A DNA stretch of 63,362 bases, filler included, from Reclinomonas americana ATCC 50394 (Eukaryota): assembly GCA_048213135.1 (NCBI GenBank). It is 6 parts of 3 records of this genome, joined end to end, with 100 filler letters (N's around TTAATTAATTAA, not from the genome) between each part and the next. Parts side by side here need not be neighbours in the genome. Positions count along the whole stretch, not along the records: positions 38,162 to 50,102 come from PS015720.1; positions 50,203 to 58,191 come from PS015720.1; positions 58,292 to 63,362 come from PS015720.1; 3 more parts are not named here. One strand, 5' to 3'. This document shows, one piece after another, positions 48,701 through 61,600 of this stretch (within the stretch, counting starts at the first letter, position 1; every line of letters starts with the position of its first letter). The position numbers were made by a program, and so were the translations under genes. The notes under the pieces are model-generated. The model worked only from the letters and a program-made list of their open reading frames with translations. It did no database searches and had not been told where the DNA came from.

Positions 48701-50015
48701 CTGACAGTGGGATACGCTCTTCACGCGTCTCAGCAGAGGCTACGGTGACGCGCGTTGTCGTCTCAGTCGCTGCAGAGATGTTCGTCAACAAGCAATTGGT
48801 GATCAGAGTGCAGTCACTCAGGACGCAACTCTGCTGCAGCGTTTGATGTGCACTGCGAGAAACGGCAGTTCGGCTGCTGGGTAATACCGGAGACAGCGAC
48901 TGCAACGAGTCCAGCGACGAAGCCAGTCGTGTTCGCGGCGGCGTGTCCATGGCGGCCAGGCGAGCATACACGGACTGCAAGTTGGTCGAGTTGTCGTTGG
49001 TCGACACATCGTCGCTGTCGGCGAGCGTCGTCATGCGCTAAGCAAGCCAAGCAAGCGAGTTAGTTGCGCGTTTCCGGTGCACATAAACACCTGCAAAAGC
49101 AGCGACTCACCACCGGCGACCACTCGACCGACATGGAACGACTGGTGCTGGTGCGTGGCGACAAACTAGTGAGCGAGCGAACTGGCATCCCCTGGAGAGT
49201 GCACACGCATACACACCTGTCAGTTGTGCCACTGATACTGCCGCTGCTGCTGTTGATGCTGCTGCTGCTGCCATCGACAAGGGAGTCGGGGAATATCTGT
49301 GCGGGAATCTCCGGCTCTGGCATGTCGTCGGGCAGCACAAACTCGACCTGTCGTCGCCGAGCAACAGACGGCGGCGAAGCTCGTAACGTTGGCGCCTCGT
49401 CAACCTCCTGTGCGGCATATGGCGCAGATGCATCACGCGATTGCGAGTCCATCGCCTCGTGCGGAGAAGGTGCCGCCGCCAAGATGGAGTCCAGCGACCT
49501 GCGTGGTGCGCGTGTTGGCATCCACGCAAGCGTGGAGACACCCATTCGCACACGCACACATACCTCACACTATCTTCGATGGCTGCTGTGCGTGCTCGTA
49601 GTGTCTCCAACGTGGCCGCGTGCACACCGTCGACAGCATGCGAAGACTCCAGCTCTGCATGCACCCGCACAATCGAGAACGCAGACTGGGGAGTGGGTGT
49701 AAGCGTGTGCCCCAGAGAAGAAGACATGGCGTGCGACGCGGACAGGCCGACATCAGAGCGATTGGAAAATGTCGAGGGCGACAGCTCTGACGTCGGCATT
49801 GTGTCGTGCCTGCTGCTCATGGTTCTGCTGATGCTGCTGTTGCTGCTGCTGTGATGCGAGTGACTCGCCAAGAAATCCGCCGGTGGCGAGTGTGTGCCGC
49901 CGTCAATGTCCACTGGAAACGGTGAGGCGACGAGGTACTTGCCAATGTCGTCGTCATCGTTGGAGGGAGTCGGTGGTGTCAAGTCGGCTCCAGAGCGTCG
50001 TCGCCCTGCATCCAT
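45155..50015 (-). CDS. Large Ser/Pro/Thr-rich, mostly disordered protein (may be more than one gene)
   Basis: Chain of minus-strand exons joined by GT-AG introns (e.g. FSPPE|YADRR), with short helical islands. Ends PEYVWNYL*. Confidence 0.5.
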
Positions 50016-50102
50016 TCAAGTGAGTCGCTTTGCCCGCAACCTTGAGCGTGAAGCCGCGAGCTACTACTCAACACATGGGAGTGGCCTGCTGGCTGGAGGC
50101 GG

Positions 50103-50202
50103 NNNNNNNNNNNNNNNNNNNNNNNNNNNNNNNNNNNNNNNNNNNNTTAATTAATTAANNNNNNNNNNNNNNNNNNNNNNNNNNNNNNNNNNNNNNNNNN
50201 NN
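50103..50202. other. Artificial scaffold linker
   Basis: TTAATTAATTAA at 50147-50158 within Ns. Confidence 0.97.
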
Positions 50203-50754
50203 TCGCCAGGTTGCGGATGGGTCGGCTGCTGCGGTGTGACGACGCTGATGACGACAGAGACGAGGAGGACGACGATGGCGAGGGTGACATTCGCGATCGC
50301 GATCCATTCGACGGTGATGACGATGGCGGCTGCGATTGCGAATGGGTCGCGAAGGGTGAGAGGCGTGACCATCACACACACGCATACAGAGAGGGTGAGG
50401 AAGGATGAGAGCATTCGCATGCGCTTTGCGTACCGATCGACGACGCGATGACATGGCGCGAAATCGAATCGAGTTGGGACACCTTCGTTTCTCTCGACGG
50501 TGATCGATGGAAAACGCACACCCAGTGCAGCACCCAGTGATCGAGGATGGTGCTATCGAGTGGGTGAGATCGCAGCAGCAACAGCGCCTGCTACGTTTTG
50601 AGACGGAGCTTGAGGGGACGAAGCGCCAGGGACAACACGCAGATTGCTCGCTGCGACGTTCTCGTCGTACCTTATGGAACCATTCCCACTCCCCTCGGTT
50701 ACCACTACTCGGCACGCTTTACATTTGTTGTTTTCTCTCTTCTCTCTCATTTCC

Positions 50755-53700
50755 TTAGAAGCTCGTGCCGCTGACGCGCACAACATACACATTGTTTGCG
50801 CTGTCGGCGGCAGCAGACTGCACGCGAACATCGCCTTGCACCGCGGCGAGCCACTGAGCGCCGACAGAGTTGCTGACGTGGAAAACAATAAGCGAGATGG
50901 GATCGGCGCAGAGGGGCGACACGTTCTGTGGACCGAGGCCGACGATGGCCTTCTGCATGGCGGCGCGCAGGTCACTCTCCATCGACAAGATGTCCGCCAG
51001 CGTGAGGCGGTTGCCAGAGGCGTCGAATGTGGCGGCGCGGAACACGTCGATCACGCTGTCTCCGGCAGTCGGGTACAGCGCCTTCTGAGCGTCGACATTG
51101 GTGTCGATGCAGGCCACATCGACGCACGAGCCAAGCAGCGCCAGGTACATCAACTGCGCCTGTTCGGCTGGGGTGCGCGCGGTGATGACAATGGTGGCCG
51201 ATGCGCGACCGGCGACACGCAGCGCGTCCTTCACGACGTCAATGGCCGCACCGGAATTGGACGAGAAGACCAGCGGGTTGGCAGCCGGGCCGTAGACGAT
51301 GGAGACGTCGGAGAGAGCTCGTCGGTTGCTCAGGGTGCCGCATGATGCAGCCGTCAGCTCGACCGTCAAGTTGGGCTGCTGGCGGAGGAGGTTGGCGTCG
51401 GTGAACGTGAATACAGAGGTCGTGGAGACTGGCGCCGAGAACGACGCAATCGAGCTGGCGAGCGGATCGCGCAGCGTGCTGTAGAACACCTGGACGGGAA
51501 TCAGAGAGCCAGCAGGGTACTGGCTGTTGCTGGTCGCCGCCACCGTCAGACTGAAGCCTCCGAGAGCATTGTTCCAGCTGAAAGCACTCACAGTCGCCGG
51601 GCAGTTGACCTCCTCGATAAAGTCAATATCCACCCACGAATCGTACAGCCCGTCACCGACATTGGCCACCCCGACGTCGAGTTGCACCACGTCATTGGCC
51701 AGCACCGGCAGCTCCAGCGTCTTCCATCCCGTGTAACCCGCAATGAATCCACCGACAATCGTCACCGAGAACGCCGTCGGCCCCAGTCCGTTCATGCTGG
51801 TCGCATCGACCACCTCCTGGCCCGACAGCGACGAACGCAGGAGCACACGGTAGTAGTCGTTGAAGCGGGATCCGAGGAAAGCCGGGTACTCGTGGGTCGT
51901 GAAACGGTAACGCACTTGCACCGACTTGGTGCCTGCAGCGACTTGGAACGTGCGCGAGAGCGTGTGCTCGCCCTCGACCGGGGCCGTCATCAGCTGAATG
52001 TCAAAGTTGGTGATGGCGCTCACTACACGCGGCGTGAAGGTGCTCGTGCTGGGTGCTTGCGGTTCGGGGCGCTCACGGGGCCGCCGGGGTTGGTCGCTGC
52101 TGCCACTGCTGGCGCTGCCGGTGTTGCCGCTACCGATCGGCGGATACGTCTCCAAGTGGCCACTCACATTCACCGGCGTTGAAGAGACCCAGCCCGACGA
52201 GTCGCCCGTCGACAGATCGTTGTTGGCAACCGTGCTCGGCATCGCAAAGCCCGACATCAGAATCGTCACGGAATCTTTCGGCACGCCGCCGTAGAAACCG
52301 GTAATGGTCTTGTCCGACGCGGCCGTGGCCCGAATGCCGATGGTGGTGGTCGGGATGTTGTCCACCGACAACACACCCTCGTTGGTGGTGAAGGGGCCAG
52401 CAGACACGCCATCCGCATCCAGCAGCTCGACCGTGACAACCACCGGACTCGTAAACAGGGCGCCGGACTCCAGGTCGGTCACCAGGCGAATCTCCATCGT
52501 GCGGTCACCGGCCCACACTGTCACGGTGTGCGTCACTGGGCGACTGAACGAATCCAGCTGGTTGAAGACGAAGCGGTTCTTTCCGGCCACCAGCGCCGTC
52601 AAAAACTGGGACTCGGTCTCCGATTGCGAATCGGGGAAGGCAAATGAGTTGATGGCCGACGCATTCGACACTTTGGTGCCGTAGTTGAGGAGTGAGTAGC
52701 CGCCAGCGGGGCGAGCGGCGGGGACGGCAAACTTGCCGCCTGACGCCAAAAAGCGAAGCGGCGTGTCCACAGAGTAGAATGTGGGAGCGTCGACATTGGT
52801 GGTGATGGTCAGCAGCGCTGGAGGGACATCGGCAGGGTTGACGCGTGCGTCTACCGCAGCCACACACGAGGCGAGGTCCACGCATTGGTTGTTGGAAGAG
52901 TAGACACTGCAGATAGGAGGGTAAGTAATAAGAGTCAGTGACTTTCTTTGCAGGCCGTGCGAGCAGAGACGAGCGGACTCACTTCGGGAAGTTCTTGCAC
53001 TTGTTCGTGTCGGGGCGGCAGGAGCAGACGCGGCCACCGATGAGTGCATTGCTGCAAGTGCACTGGCGTGTGCTCTTGTTGCAGGTACCTGCGGTGGTCG
53101 TGCACGGTTAGACGGCGAAAGGAGGGGTGAAAAACACCGCCTCCATAAAAACCATACGGGTATCCGCAGTCGGCATTGGTGCGGCACACCTCGCCGTTGG
53201 ACTCGTCCAGCGGACGAGCGGCCGCCGGCAGCGTGCCGTTCTCAGTGTACGCCACGCACTCGCTCAGATCCGTGCAGAGGCCGGCAGTGGCATACACGTC
53301 GGGGAAGAGCGCGCAGTTGAGGTTGGCCACCGCGTTGGGCCGGCACTGGCAGAACTTGCCACCAATCAACGAGTTGCCGCACTGGCAGTTCCTGTGGTGC
53401 GCGAGGGTGAGGAAAGAGAAGAGAAGAAGAGGGAAAGAGAGTGAGTGCAGCGTACCCATTGACGCATGCACCCCACGGGCTGTTGCATTGCGCATTCGAG
53501 GTGCACGTTGGTGGGGGTGGAGGTGGCTGCGGAGTGTCGACGGCCGCAATGCAGGTCGGCAGGTCGACACACGATCCACTGGCACTGAGGTAGACCGCGG
53601 GGAACGAGCGGCACTTGTTGGTTGAATCTGGGCGGCAGGCGCACGTCGCACCTCCAATAAGCGCATTGCCGCACACGCAGGCGCCGTTCACACAGGTCCC

Positions 53701-53949
53701 TGCGTGTGAGTGTGAGTGAGTATGAGAGAGAGAGAGAGAAGAGCAGAGAGAGCTCAGCGTGTGATCAAACCATTCGGGGCATTGCACTGCGCATTGCTTG
53801 TGCACGGAGCTCCGGACGCCGCTGCGCACACAAGGTAAGTTCACTCACACACACACACGCAATGAGCGCCAGCAGCGAGATCACACGCAACAGTGCACGA
53901 TGCCTATTGCGGAAACCAGCAGCAGGAGGACGACGACAGCGAACTTCAT
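50755..53949 (-). CDS. Secreted mosaic protein: three Cys-rich repeats, a choice-of-anchor-L-like domain and a degenerate M15-peptidase-like domain
   Basis: Signal peptide MKFAVVVLLLLVSAIGIVHS, repeats CxxNAxC...NALIGG.xCxCRP, YRFTTHEYPAFLGSRFNDYY, VANVGDGLYDSWVDID and ITARTPAEQAQLMY. The last exon (50755-52906) has no intron. Confidence 0.8.
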
Positions 53950-54278
53950 CGTTATTAGTTGCAAGTCGTGGGTGGTTCGCTCTCGCAGGCGAACAGTGAG
54001 GGAGAAATATGAAAGGAGAAGGGAACCGCTGCGGTCGCTGGTTGTTCCGCCTGCGTCCGCTCTTTGTTGCGATCGGAGAAATGCATATGTGCTGTATCTT
54101 TTTATCGGATGCGCAGCAAAAGCACTGGCTTGAGCCGGCAACTCCCTTGTGTTGTCCTCTACCACTGCAATTCTCGGTGTCCACCTCTCGTGAATGCAAG
54201 AGTGTGAGTGGTTGTCTGTCGGAAATGGTGTGAAGTTGCTGGCCGTCCTGTGCAGTTTCTCTTGCAAGACGACCAAGA

Positions 54279-55383
54279 ATGAGCGCGGCTGCCAGTGAAC
54301 CTCCTCCCCGACGCCGTCGCATCCTCCTGCTGCGGCACGGCGAGCGCGAAGACGCGGTAAACCCTGAATGGAAAGCCACAGCCGAGTTCCCAGGTCACTC
54401 ACTGCCAACTCCGCTCTCTCTCTCTGCATCACTCACACTTCCCTGTCACACAGACGACCCACCGCTGACTCTGCGTGGCGAGGAGGCCAGTGGCGAGGCC
54501 GCACTGGACGTGCTGGACTACTTGGAGAGCACGAGCAGCGAGGTGCTGCGCATTGTCTCCAGTCCACTGCTGCGCACGCGACAGACCACCATGCGCGTGG
54601 TGCACATGTTGCGACAGCAGCTGGAGGCAGCTGCCACTGGCACTGGAGGCAGGAAAGCACGCTTGCAAATACACTGTCATGTGGCGCGTGGAGTGTGCGA
54701 GTGGCTGCGCCCGCACTGGTACCCGCGGGGTGACCCGTTTGAGCGACTCAACCCGGCCACTCCTGAGACAGAGGTCTATTCACGTGGATGCATTCTTCGT
54801 TGTTCATTGCGCCGCTGGCTGAAAGGTGATGGAAAGCACAGTATGGCATCGAGTGGGAGCCTCTGGAGGATCGGGTTGACTCGTTGGCCAACGTGCATCG
54901 CTTTCCCGAGACGCTGGCGGCCGAGTTTTATGCACGGACGGCGTTGACAGTGCGGACGCTGGTGGAGGCGTATCCGGGTACGCAGTGTGCGATGATCGTG
55001 GGGTTCGTGCTTCTTCTTATACACCCTTGTGGCAGATGACAACTTGCTGTTTATCACGCACGGAGCATGCTTGGATGGCCTGGCGCATGGCTTGGTGTCG
55101 AGTTGTGTGCGCGCACACGAGAGAAGGAAGATGATGATTGTACTCATTCCATCCCCGCTGCAGATCTGGTGCCGGCACACTTGTACTGGGGACCGTTGCG
55201 TTGCATGTCGATCGTCGACCTGTGCTCATGTCGCCCAGTCACTCACCGCCGCACGAACACAGCTACAATGCCATTGCGGTCATTGACTTTGACGGGGAGC
55301 AGCATACGCTTACGCACCCCGAGGAGCCGTTCGTGCGGACCTTGATGCCGCACGAGAAGGAGAAGCCGAACCCGTGGAAGTGA
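54279..55383 (+). CDS. Histidine phosphatase (phosphoglycerate mutase superfamily)
   Basis: Motifs LLRHGERED, DPPLT, SSPLLRTRQT, GVCEW and LFITHG. Confidence 0.9.
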
Positions 55384-55723
55384 CCATGTCGTTTGCGTCT
55401 GCTTGTTGATGCACCTTGCATAGAAGTACATCGCCCCTCTGCACGTCATCGAAGTCTCACACACGCACTGATACATTTCACGACTCATCATCACTTTTCT
55501 TTCGATCTGTCAACAACATTTCTTACAGGCATTGGATTGCGGGAGATCCAGAGCCACGCACGCGTCACCGACGCGGCTTCACAGCGCAAGATACTCTCTC
55601 GCACTGCGGCTCCCCTTATGATCACCTACTCTGGAACTACGTACAGACACATACACATACACAAACACAAACTCTCTCCATCTACCACCACCATCACACT
55701 ATTTTTTCTCGTCACCCTCGGCA

Positions 55724-57862
55724 TCACGGCTCCCAGTGGCGATCGTCAACGGAGCTCTCCAGAGTCATGCGACCGAGTTCCTTGTGGAGCGCCCCGAGCG
55801 ATCGTGGACCGAGTTCACTGCACAATCGCAGGATGGCGCTGACAATGTTGACGTCGCGCGACTCGCACTTGACCACGCGCTCTTCCGTGTCGGCCGAATC
55901 CATGTTGTGGTAGTACTCGCGATCCAGTGACATGTGCTGCGCCCGCCGGGAGGCCGCCGACGGTGACGAGAGCGATGCTGAAGGGGAGGAGGAGAGGGGT
56001 ACTCGGGCACCGGCGCCCGAGCCGCCGCCGTAGGCCGACACAATCGCCGCAATTGGTGCTGGCGGCACGGGTGGCGACGGCGGCAGCGACGGATCGCGAC
56101 GGTGCTTTGATGATCTGGAGGAGGGGCTTCGGGTGCTGTGCTTGCGCGCGGTCGGCGACCGCACATGAGCCGGAGGTTGTGGGATGGAGGCCAGCGGAGG
56201 TGGCGAAGGGGTGGAGGAGCGCGACGATCGTGACGAGCGCGACGAGTGTCCGAAACTGTTGTGTGTGGCATCGGGTGATATCGGCGGCGAGGTGTGCGAC
56301 TGCAAGGGAGAGAGAGAGAGAGAGAGAGNNNNNNNNNNNNNNNNNNNNNNNNNNNNNNNNNNNNNNNNNNNNNNNNNNNNNNNNNNNNNNNNNNNNNNNN
56401 NNNNNNNNNNNNNNNNNNNNNNNNNNNNNNNNNNNNNNNNNNNNNNNNNNNNNNNNNNNNNNNNNNNNNNNNNNNNNNNNNNNNNNNNNNNNNNNNNNNN
56501 NNNNNNNNNNNNNNNNNNNNNNNNNNNNNNNNNNNNNNNNNNNNNNNNNNNNNNNNNNNNNNNNNNNNNNNNNNNNNNNNNNNNNNNNNNNNNNNNNNNN
56601 NNNNNNNNNNNNNNNNNNNNNNNNNNNNNNNNNNNNNNNNNNNNNNNNNNNNNNNNNNNNNNNNNNNNNNNNNNNNNNNNNNNNNNNNNNNNNNNNNNNN
56701 NNNNNNNNNNNNNNNNNNNNNNNNNNNNNNNNNNNNNNNNNNNNNNNNNNNNNNNNNNNNNNNNNNNNNNNNNNNNNNNNNNNNNNNNNNNNNNNNNNNN
56801 NNNNNNNNNNNNNNNNNNNNNNNNNNNNNNNNNNNNNNNNNNNNNNNNNNNNNNNNNNNNNNNNNNNNNNNNNNNNNNNNNNNNNNNNNNNNNNNNNNNN
56901 NNNNNNNNNNNNNNNNNNNNNNNNNNNNNNNNNNNNNNNNNNNNNNNNNNNNNNNNNNNNNNNNNNNNNNNNNNNNNNNNNNNNNNNNNNNNNNNNNNNN
57001 NNNNNNNNNNNNNNNNNNNNNNNNNNNNNNNNNNNNNNNNNNNNNNNNNNNNNNNNNNNNNNNNNNNNNNNNNNNNNNNNNNNNNNNNNNNNNNNNNNNN
57101 NNNNNNNNNNNNNNNNNNNNNNNNNNNNNNNNNNNNNNNNNNNNNNNNNNNNNNNNNNNNNNNNNNNNNNNNNNNNNNNNNNNNNNNNNNNNNNNNNNNN
57201 NNNNNNNNNNNNNNNNNNNNNNNNNNNNNNNNNNNNNNNNNNNNNNNNNNNNNNNNNNNNNNNNNNNNNNNNNNNNNNNNNNNNNNNNNNNNNNNNNNGA
57301 GGGCACACTATATACAAGAGAGAGAGACGCACCACAAGACGCGCAGTCGCGGCAAGCTGACCAAGTGCTGCAGTTCATCCAAATCACTGATATTGTTCCT
57401 ATGGGAGGTGAAGATGTCAGATGATGATGATCATCACCACAAGCAGCGATCTACTCTCTCTCACACTCACCGACGCAAGTAGAGCTCACACAAGTTGGTG
57501 CAGGCGGAAAGCGCATGCAACGAGTGAATGTTGTTGACACTGAGACTGAGAATCTCAATGTTGCTGCACTCCTGCAGCACATCCATCTGCGGACGAAGAA
57601 AGAGAGAGAGAGAAGGGGCAAAGAGAGACAGAGAGAAGAGAGCACATCACATCACGTCACATGGTAAGTGTTCGATTCACACAGTCTGTCACGAGAAGAG
57701 AGCAGTTTGTGGGATTCACTCTCTCACCTCAGAGATGCCAACTCCCCACGCGTTGAGGCGCTTCACATCGCGCAGAGTGGACGACTTGGTGCGGTCAAGC
57801 ACCAGCTCACGCGACAGCTGCAGCCCACCACCAGCGGGCATCGGACTTGCGAGAGTCGCCAT
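55724..57862 (-). CDS. CFAP410: Cilia- and flagella-associated LRR protein CFAP410 (C21orf2)-like, spanning a gap
   Basis: LSRELVLDRTK...VKRLNAWG, ILSLSVNNIHSL and ELYLRR|NNISDLDELQHLVSLPRLRVL. C-terminal NIVSAILRLCSEL matches the family's small C-terminal domain. Confidence 0.85.
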
Positions 57863-58191
57863 GAGAGAGACAAGCCACACAAGAGAGAGAGAGCAAGTAA
57901 AAAAAGGAGTGAATCACACGAAAGGCAAGACAGACTGTGTGTAGAGCGCGAGTGTGTGGAACGTGCAAAAGGGAGACAGCAAGTCAAGCACGAGTGGTCT
58001 AAGAAGGTGTCGCGTTTCTCTCTCCACTCTCTATGAAGATCTAAGTATGTGACAATGAGAGATGACGACATTGTCTTCCTCTGTCCACTGCTTGCATTGC
58101 GATGATTGAGAGGCTGCGCAGTCGACCACTGCTGCTCGTTCTATGCACGGGCGTGGTGCTTGTGATGGTGCTGTTCATGGCCAGCTCATCG

Positions 58192-58291
58192 NNNNNNNNN
58201 NNNNNNNNNNNNNNNNNNNNNNNNNNNNNNNNNNNTTAATTAATTAANNNNNNNNNNNNNNNNNNNNNNNNNNNNNNNNNNNNNNNNNNNN
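58192..58291. other. Artificial scaffold linker
   Basis: TTAATTAATTAA at 58236-58247 within Ns. Confidence 0.97.
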
Positions 58292-58328
58292 AAATTTTTT
58301 TTATTTTTTTTTTTTAATCTTATAACAC

Positions 58329-58576
58329 GAGCCGTGGCTTCATTTGCAGAAATGCCAGTGTTCCTGCATTCTCACTCAAGATGATGATCATCATGCAGCT
58401 GTGTTGCTGTTTGAGTTGGTAAAGTTTTTCTTTTTCTCGCTTTTCTCGTGATGTCTGAGTTTCTGGTGCTCACTCATGATCAAGATGGTGATCATCATGC
58501 AGCTGTGTTGCTGTTTGAGTTAGTAAAGTTGTTGTTGTTGTCGAGCCGTGGCTTCACTTGCAGAAACGCCAGCGTT
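58329..58576. repeat. Tandem copies (B, C) of the dispersed repeat
   Basis: caagatg(a/g)tgatcatcatgcagctgtgttgctgtttgagtt(g/a)gtaaagtt occurs twice. gagccgtggcttca(t/c)ttgcagaaa occurs at 58329 and 58543. Confidence 0.85.
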
Positions 58577-58675
58577 ATCTTGCCTTCCCCTCCCCCCTCC
58601 CCCTTTCCCTTCCCTCCCCCCTCCTCCCAAAACACCATACTTACAATACTACCCCCTTTCCATCCACCGCCTCTC

Positions 58676-61600
58676 ACCGCAACGACAAGCTCTGCCTCAA
58701 CCGCGCCTTCTCCTCCTGCGTCGAGCGCACTCGGGTGGCCAGATCGTCGCGTCGGTTCGACAAGCGGCGCAATGCTGCACGCTGACTGTCCGTCTCGCGA
58801 CTGGCCGCCGTGGTGGGTCGCCGCGACGCGGCCGACGACGCCTCGATATGCACAGGACTGCCCGACAGTTCCAGTGACTCTCGCGCTGCATCTCCACCGC
58901 ATGAGCTCTACGTTTTCTACTCGCTCCAGCATGGAGACAGAGACGCACCTGCTTCCAACCTCTCGCGTCCGGAAAGCACGACCGGCGGCTCCGGCTCAGG
59001 ATCCAACATGCCCGTTCCCGTCAGCAACAACTCGCGACGCAGGCGCTGCTTGGTGCGACTGACGCCGGAGCTGTGGGCGGCCGCTGTGGAGGAGGAGGAG
59101 GAACTGGCCGTGCGCGCTGCCGCTGTCGTCATGGTGGTGGTGGTTGTGGTGGTGGAGCCGTTGCCGTGACCCGGCGAACGGCTGCGGCGCCGAGACGAAC
59201 CGTCGCCATGCGCAATGTCGTCGAGTGCGAGCGACTGCATCTCCTGCCGAAGAACGCGGTTCTGCGCCTCCAGATCTCGCATCGCCGACTCGACGTTGCG
59301 GATCTTGGACTCGTACTCGTGACTCATGCGGGAGCGCGCGTCGAGAGCCGACGACGCTGCGGCTGCTGTTGTCGCAAAGGCCACATCCGACGACCGCACA
59401 CCCGACGCGCCCACGCCCGACTGATGTGAGGCGCGCGCGTCCATCATCAGCGAGTTAAGATCGGCCTTGAGTTGACTGCTAATGTCCAGCAGCTTCTCCC
59501 GCTCCGACATGAGTCGCTTCAGGTCGCCCGCCGCCTCGCGAAGCTACACAGAGGTGGCCAGAAGTTACCTACCAAGCACGCACCGCCGTCGACAAGAGGA
59601 AAGATGGTGCAAGTACCTTGGCGCGCAACAGCTTGTTCTCCTTCTTGTGGGCCGACGCGTCGGCCAGCACTTTCTGGTACGCAGATTGTCGCTGCGCCAA
59701 CTCGGTGCGCAGATCCGACACCTCGTTGTCCACGCGCTCCAGCAGTGGAGCCGATGCTGCGACACGCAACAAGAGCACGGACGCTCAATGAACCTAGTGT
59801 AGACGCAAACGGCAAGCAAGGGGATGTCAACTAACCTAGCACCACCGTGCTCTCCGGCAGTGGCGACGGGCGATCCAGGCGCGGTTGCAGCGGATCATCG
59901 GCCAGCGATGTCATGCTGTTCAACTCCTGTCGCAGCATTCGCACCTGCTGCTCCAGGTGCCGCAAGACGCCCAGGTCCACGTTGCTGGACGTACATCAAT
60001 GAGAAACAAACTGCAATCACCCTTCCCCTTATCTTAGGCACACCTGCCGGATGTCGCGCCTGTTGATCGCCCACCAGCTGTCTCCGCTTCCAGCTCGTGT
60101 AGCCGTCGCTGCCGCTCCACGAATCGCATCTCCAGCGTGTCGTAGTTGTTGCGTGCCATCAGCAAGTCGTTTCGCAGTCGCTCGTTCTGATCGCCATCCA
60201 CGTGCGGTGAGCGCGGGCGGTTCAAGAGCAAGCACCAAAACAAATCGCTTACCTCCTTTCTTGTCTGCGCCAACTCGTCGTTCACTCGTCGCAGAGACTC
60301 GTTGAGGTCGGCCACAGTCGACCGCAACCGTGTCAACTCGGCATGGTCTGCCTCAAACCCGACGCTGGCCATGGCGTCGCCGCGCCGCCGCAGCGACTCG
60401 TTCTGAGTGCGCAGCACGCGGATTTCCTCTTGCAGTACGCGCTGTGGCACGCGAGTCAACATCAGCTCTCCAGTGCTCATTCTCACTCATTCTCAGATTC
60501 TCTGACGTAAATACAATCATTCTCGCTTCGTAGCACTTCAGACCCCCGGTCCACATTCCCTCCGCTGAACTCCATTACTTGACCGCGTCTCTCTATCTTT
60601 CCTTTATTCCCTCTTTCCTTCCCCTGCACTTTGACTCTCTCCCCTTCATGCCGTCTTCCCCTTCCCTTCATACGCTCTCCCCTTTCTCCTGCACTCTTTT
60701 ATTCCTGCCCTCCCCCTCTCCTTCACTTTCTCGCTTCCCCACTTTTCCTCCCCTGCACTTGCTCTCTCTCTCTCTCGCTAATGCCGTCTTCCCCTTCCCT
60801 TCATACTCCGTCTCCTCTTATTCTTCATTCCTCTCCTTTACTCCTTCATTCCTTCTCCCCCTCCTTCACAATCTCTCTCCTCCTCTCCTTCATTCCCTCT
60901 TCTCCTTCTCTTCAATCCCTCTCCCCTTCTCTCCTTCATTCCTTCTCCCTCTCTTCACTCTCTCTCCTCCTCCTTCATTCCCTTTTCTCCCTCTCCTTCA
61001 TTCCCTTTTCTCCCTCTCCTTCATTCCCTCTCCCCTCCCCTTCGTTCCCTCTCCCCCTCCCCTTCTCTCCTTCTCCACCCTACCCCTTCCCTTCTCTCCC
61101 TCCCTTCCCATCGACTCACCTTCTCTTGCTCGGCGCTCGGTGACATCCCATCACTCGCCAACGCCTGCTGCTGCAGCGACTCCATCTCCATCCGCATCTG
61201 GCGAATCACGTCGCGAATGCGGGCATTCTGCGACTCCAGCTCCTTGATGCGGCTCTCGTAGCGCTCACGTTCTGCCGCGTCCATTCCCATGGCGGCGACG
61301 CCAGGGAAGCTGCCGACCGAGGACCGCAGTCCACCAGAGGCGCGCAGTGCGTCCGTCTGTGCGCGAGGCAACACAATGAGCCTGAGCATATTTTGGCACA
61401 CACGCCAACAAAAAAAAGCTCACCGGCGCCAGATGCTGACGAGTGCCAAATGCCGGACTGGCCGGCCACGGTGGCAGTGGCGAAGGGGGTGGCATGGAGT
61501 CTGTGTTAGATTGACAAAAAGTGAGTGCCATTGGAGACCTCCCTGCGACACCCACAGATGCTCACCAGAGTACTGCGACCGCGCGGTTACGAGCACTGAG

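Noticed and set aside
50203..50540. Acidic coding-like fragments at scaffold edges (also 38162-38360 and 58040-58191)
   Set aside because: They are too short and truncated to fix a frame or product.
58381..58460. C/D-box snoRNA (ATGATGA...CTGA)
   Set aside because: The C box is not preserved in the other two repeat copies and no terminal stem is evident.
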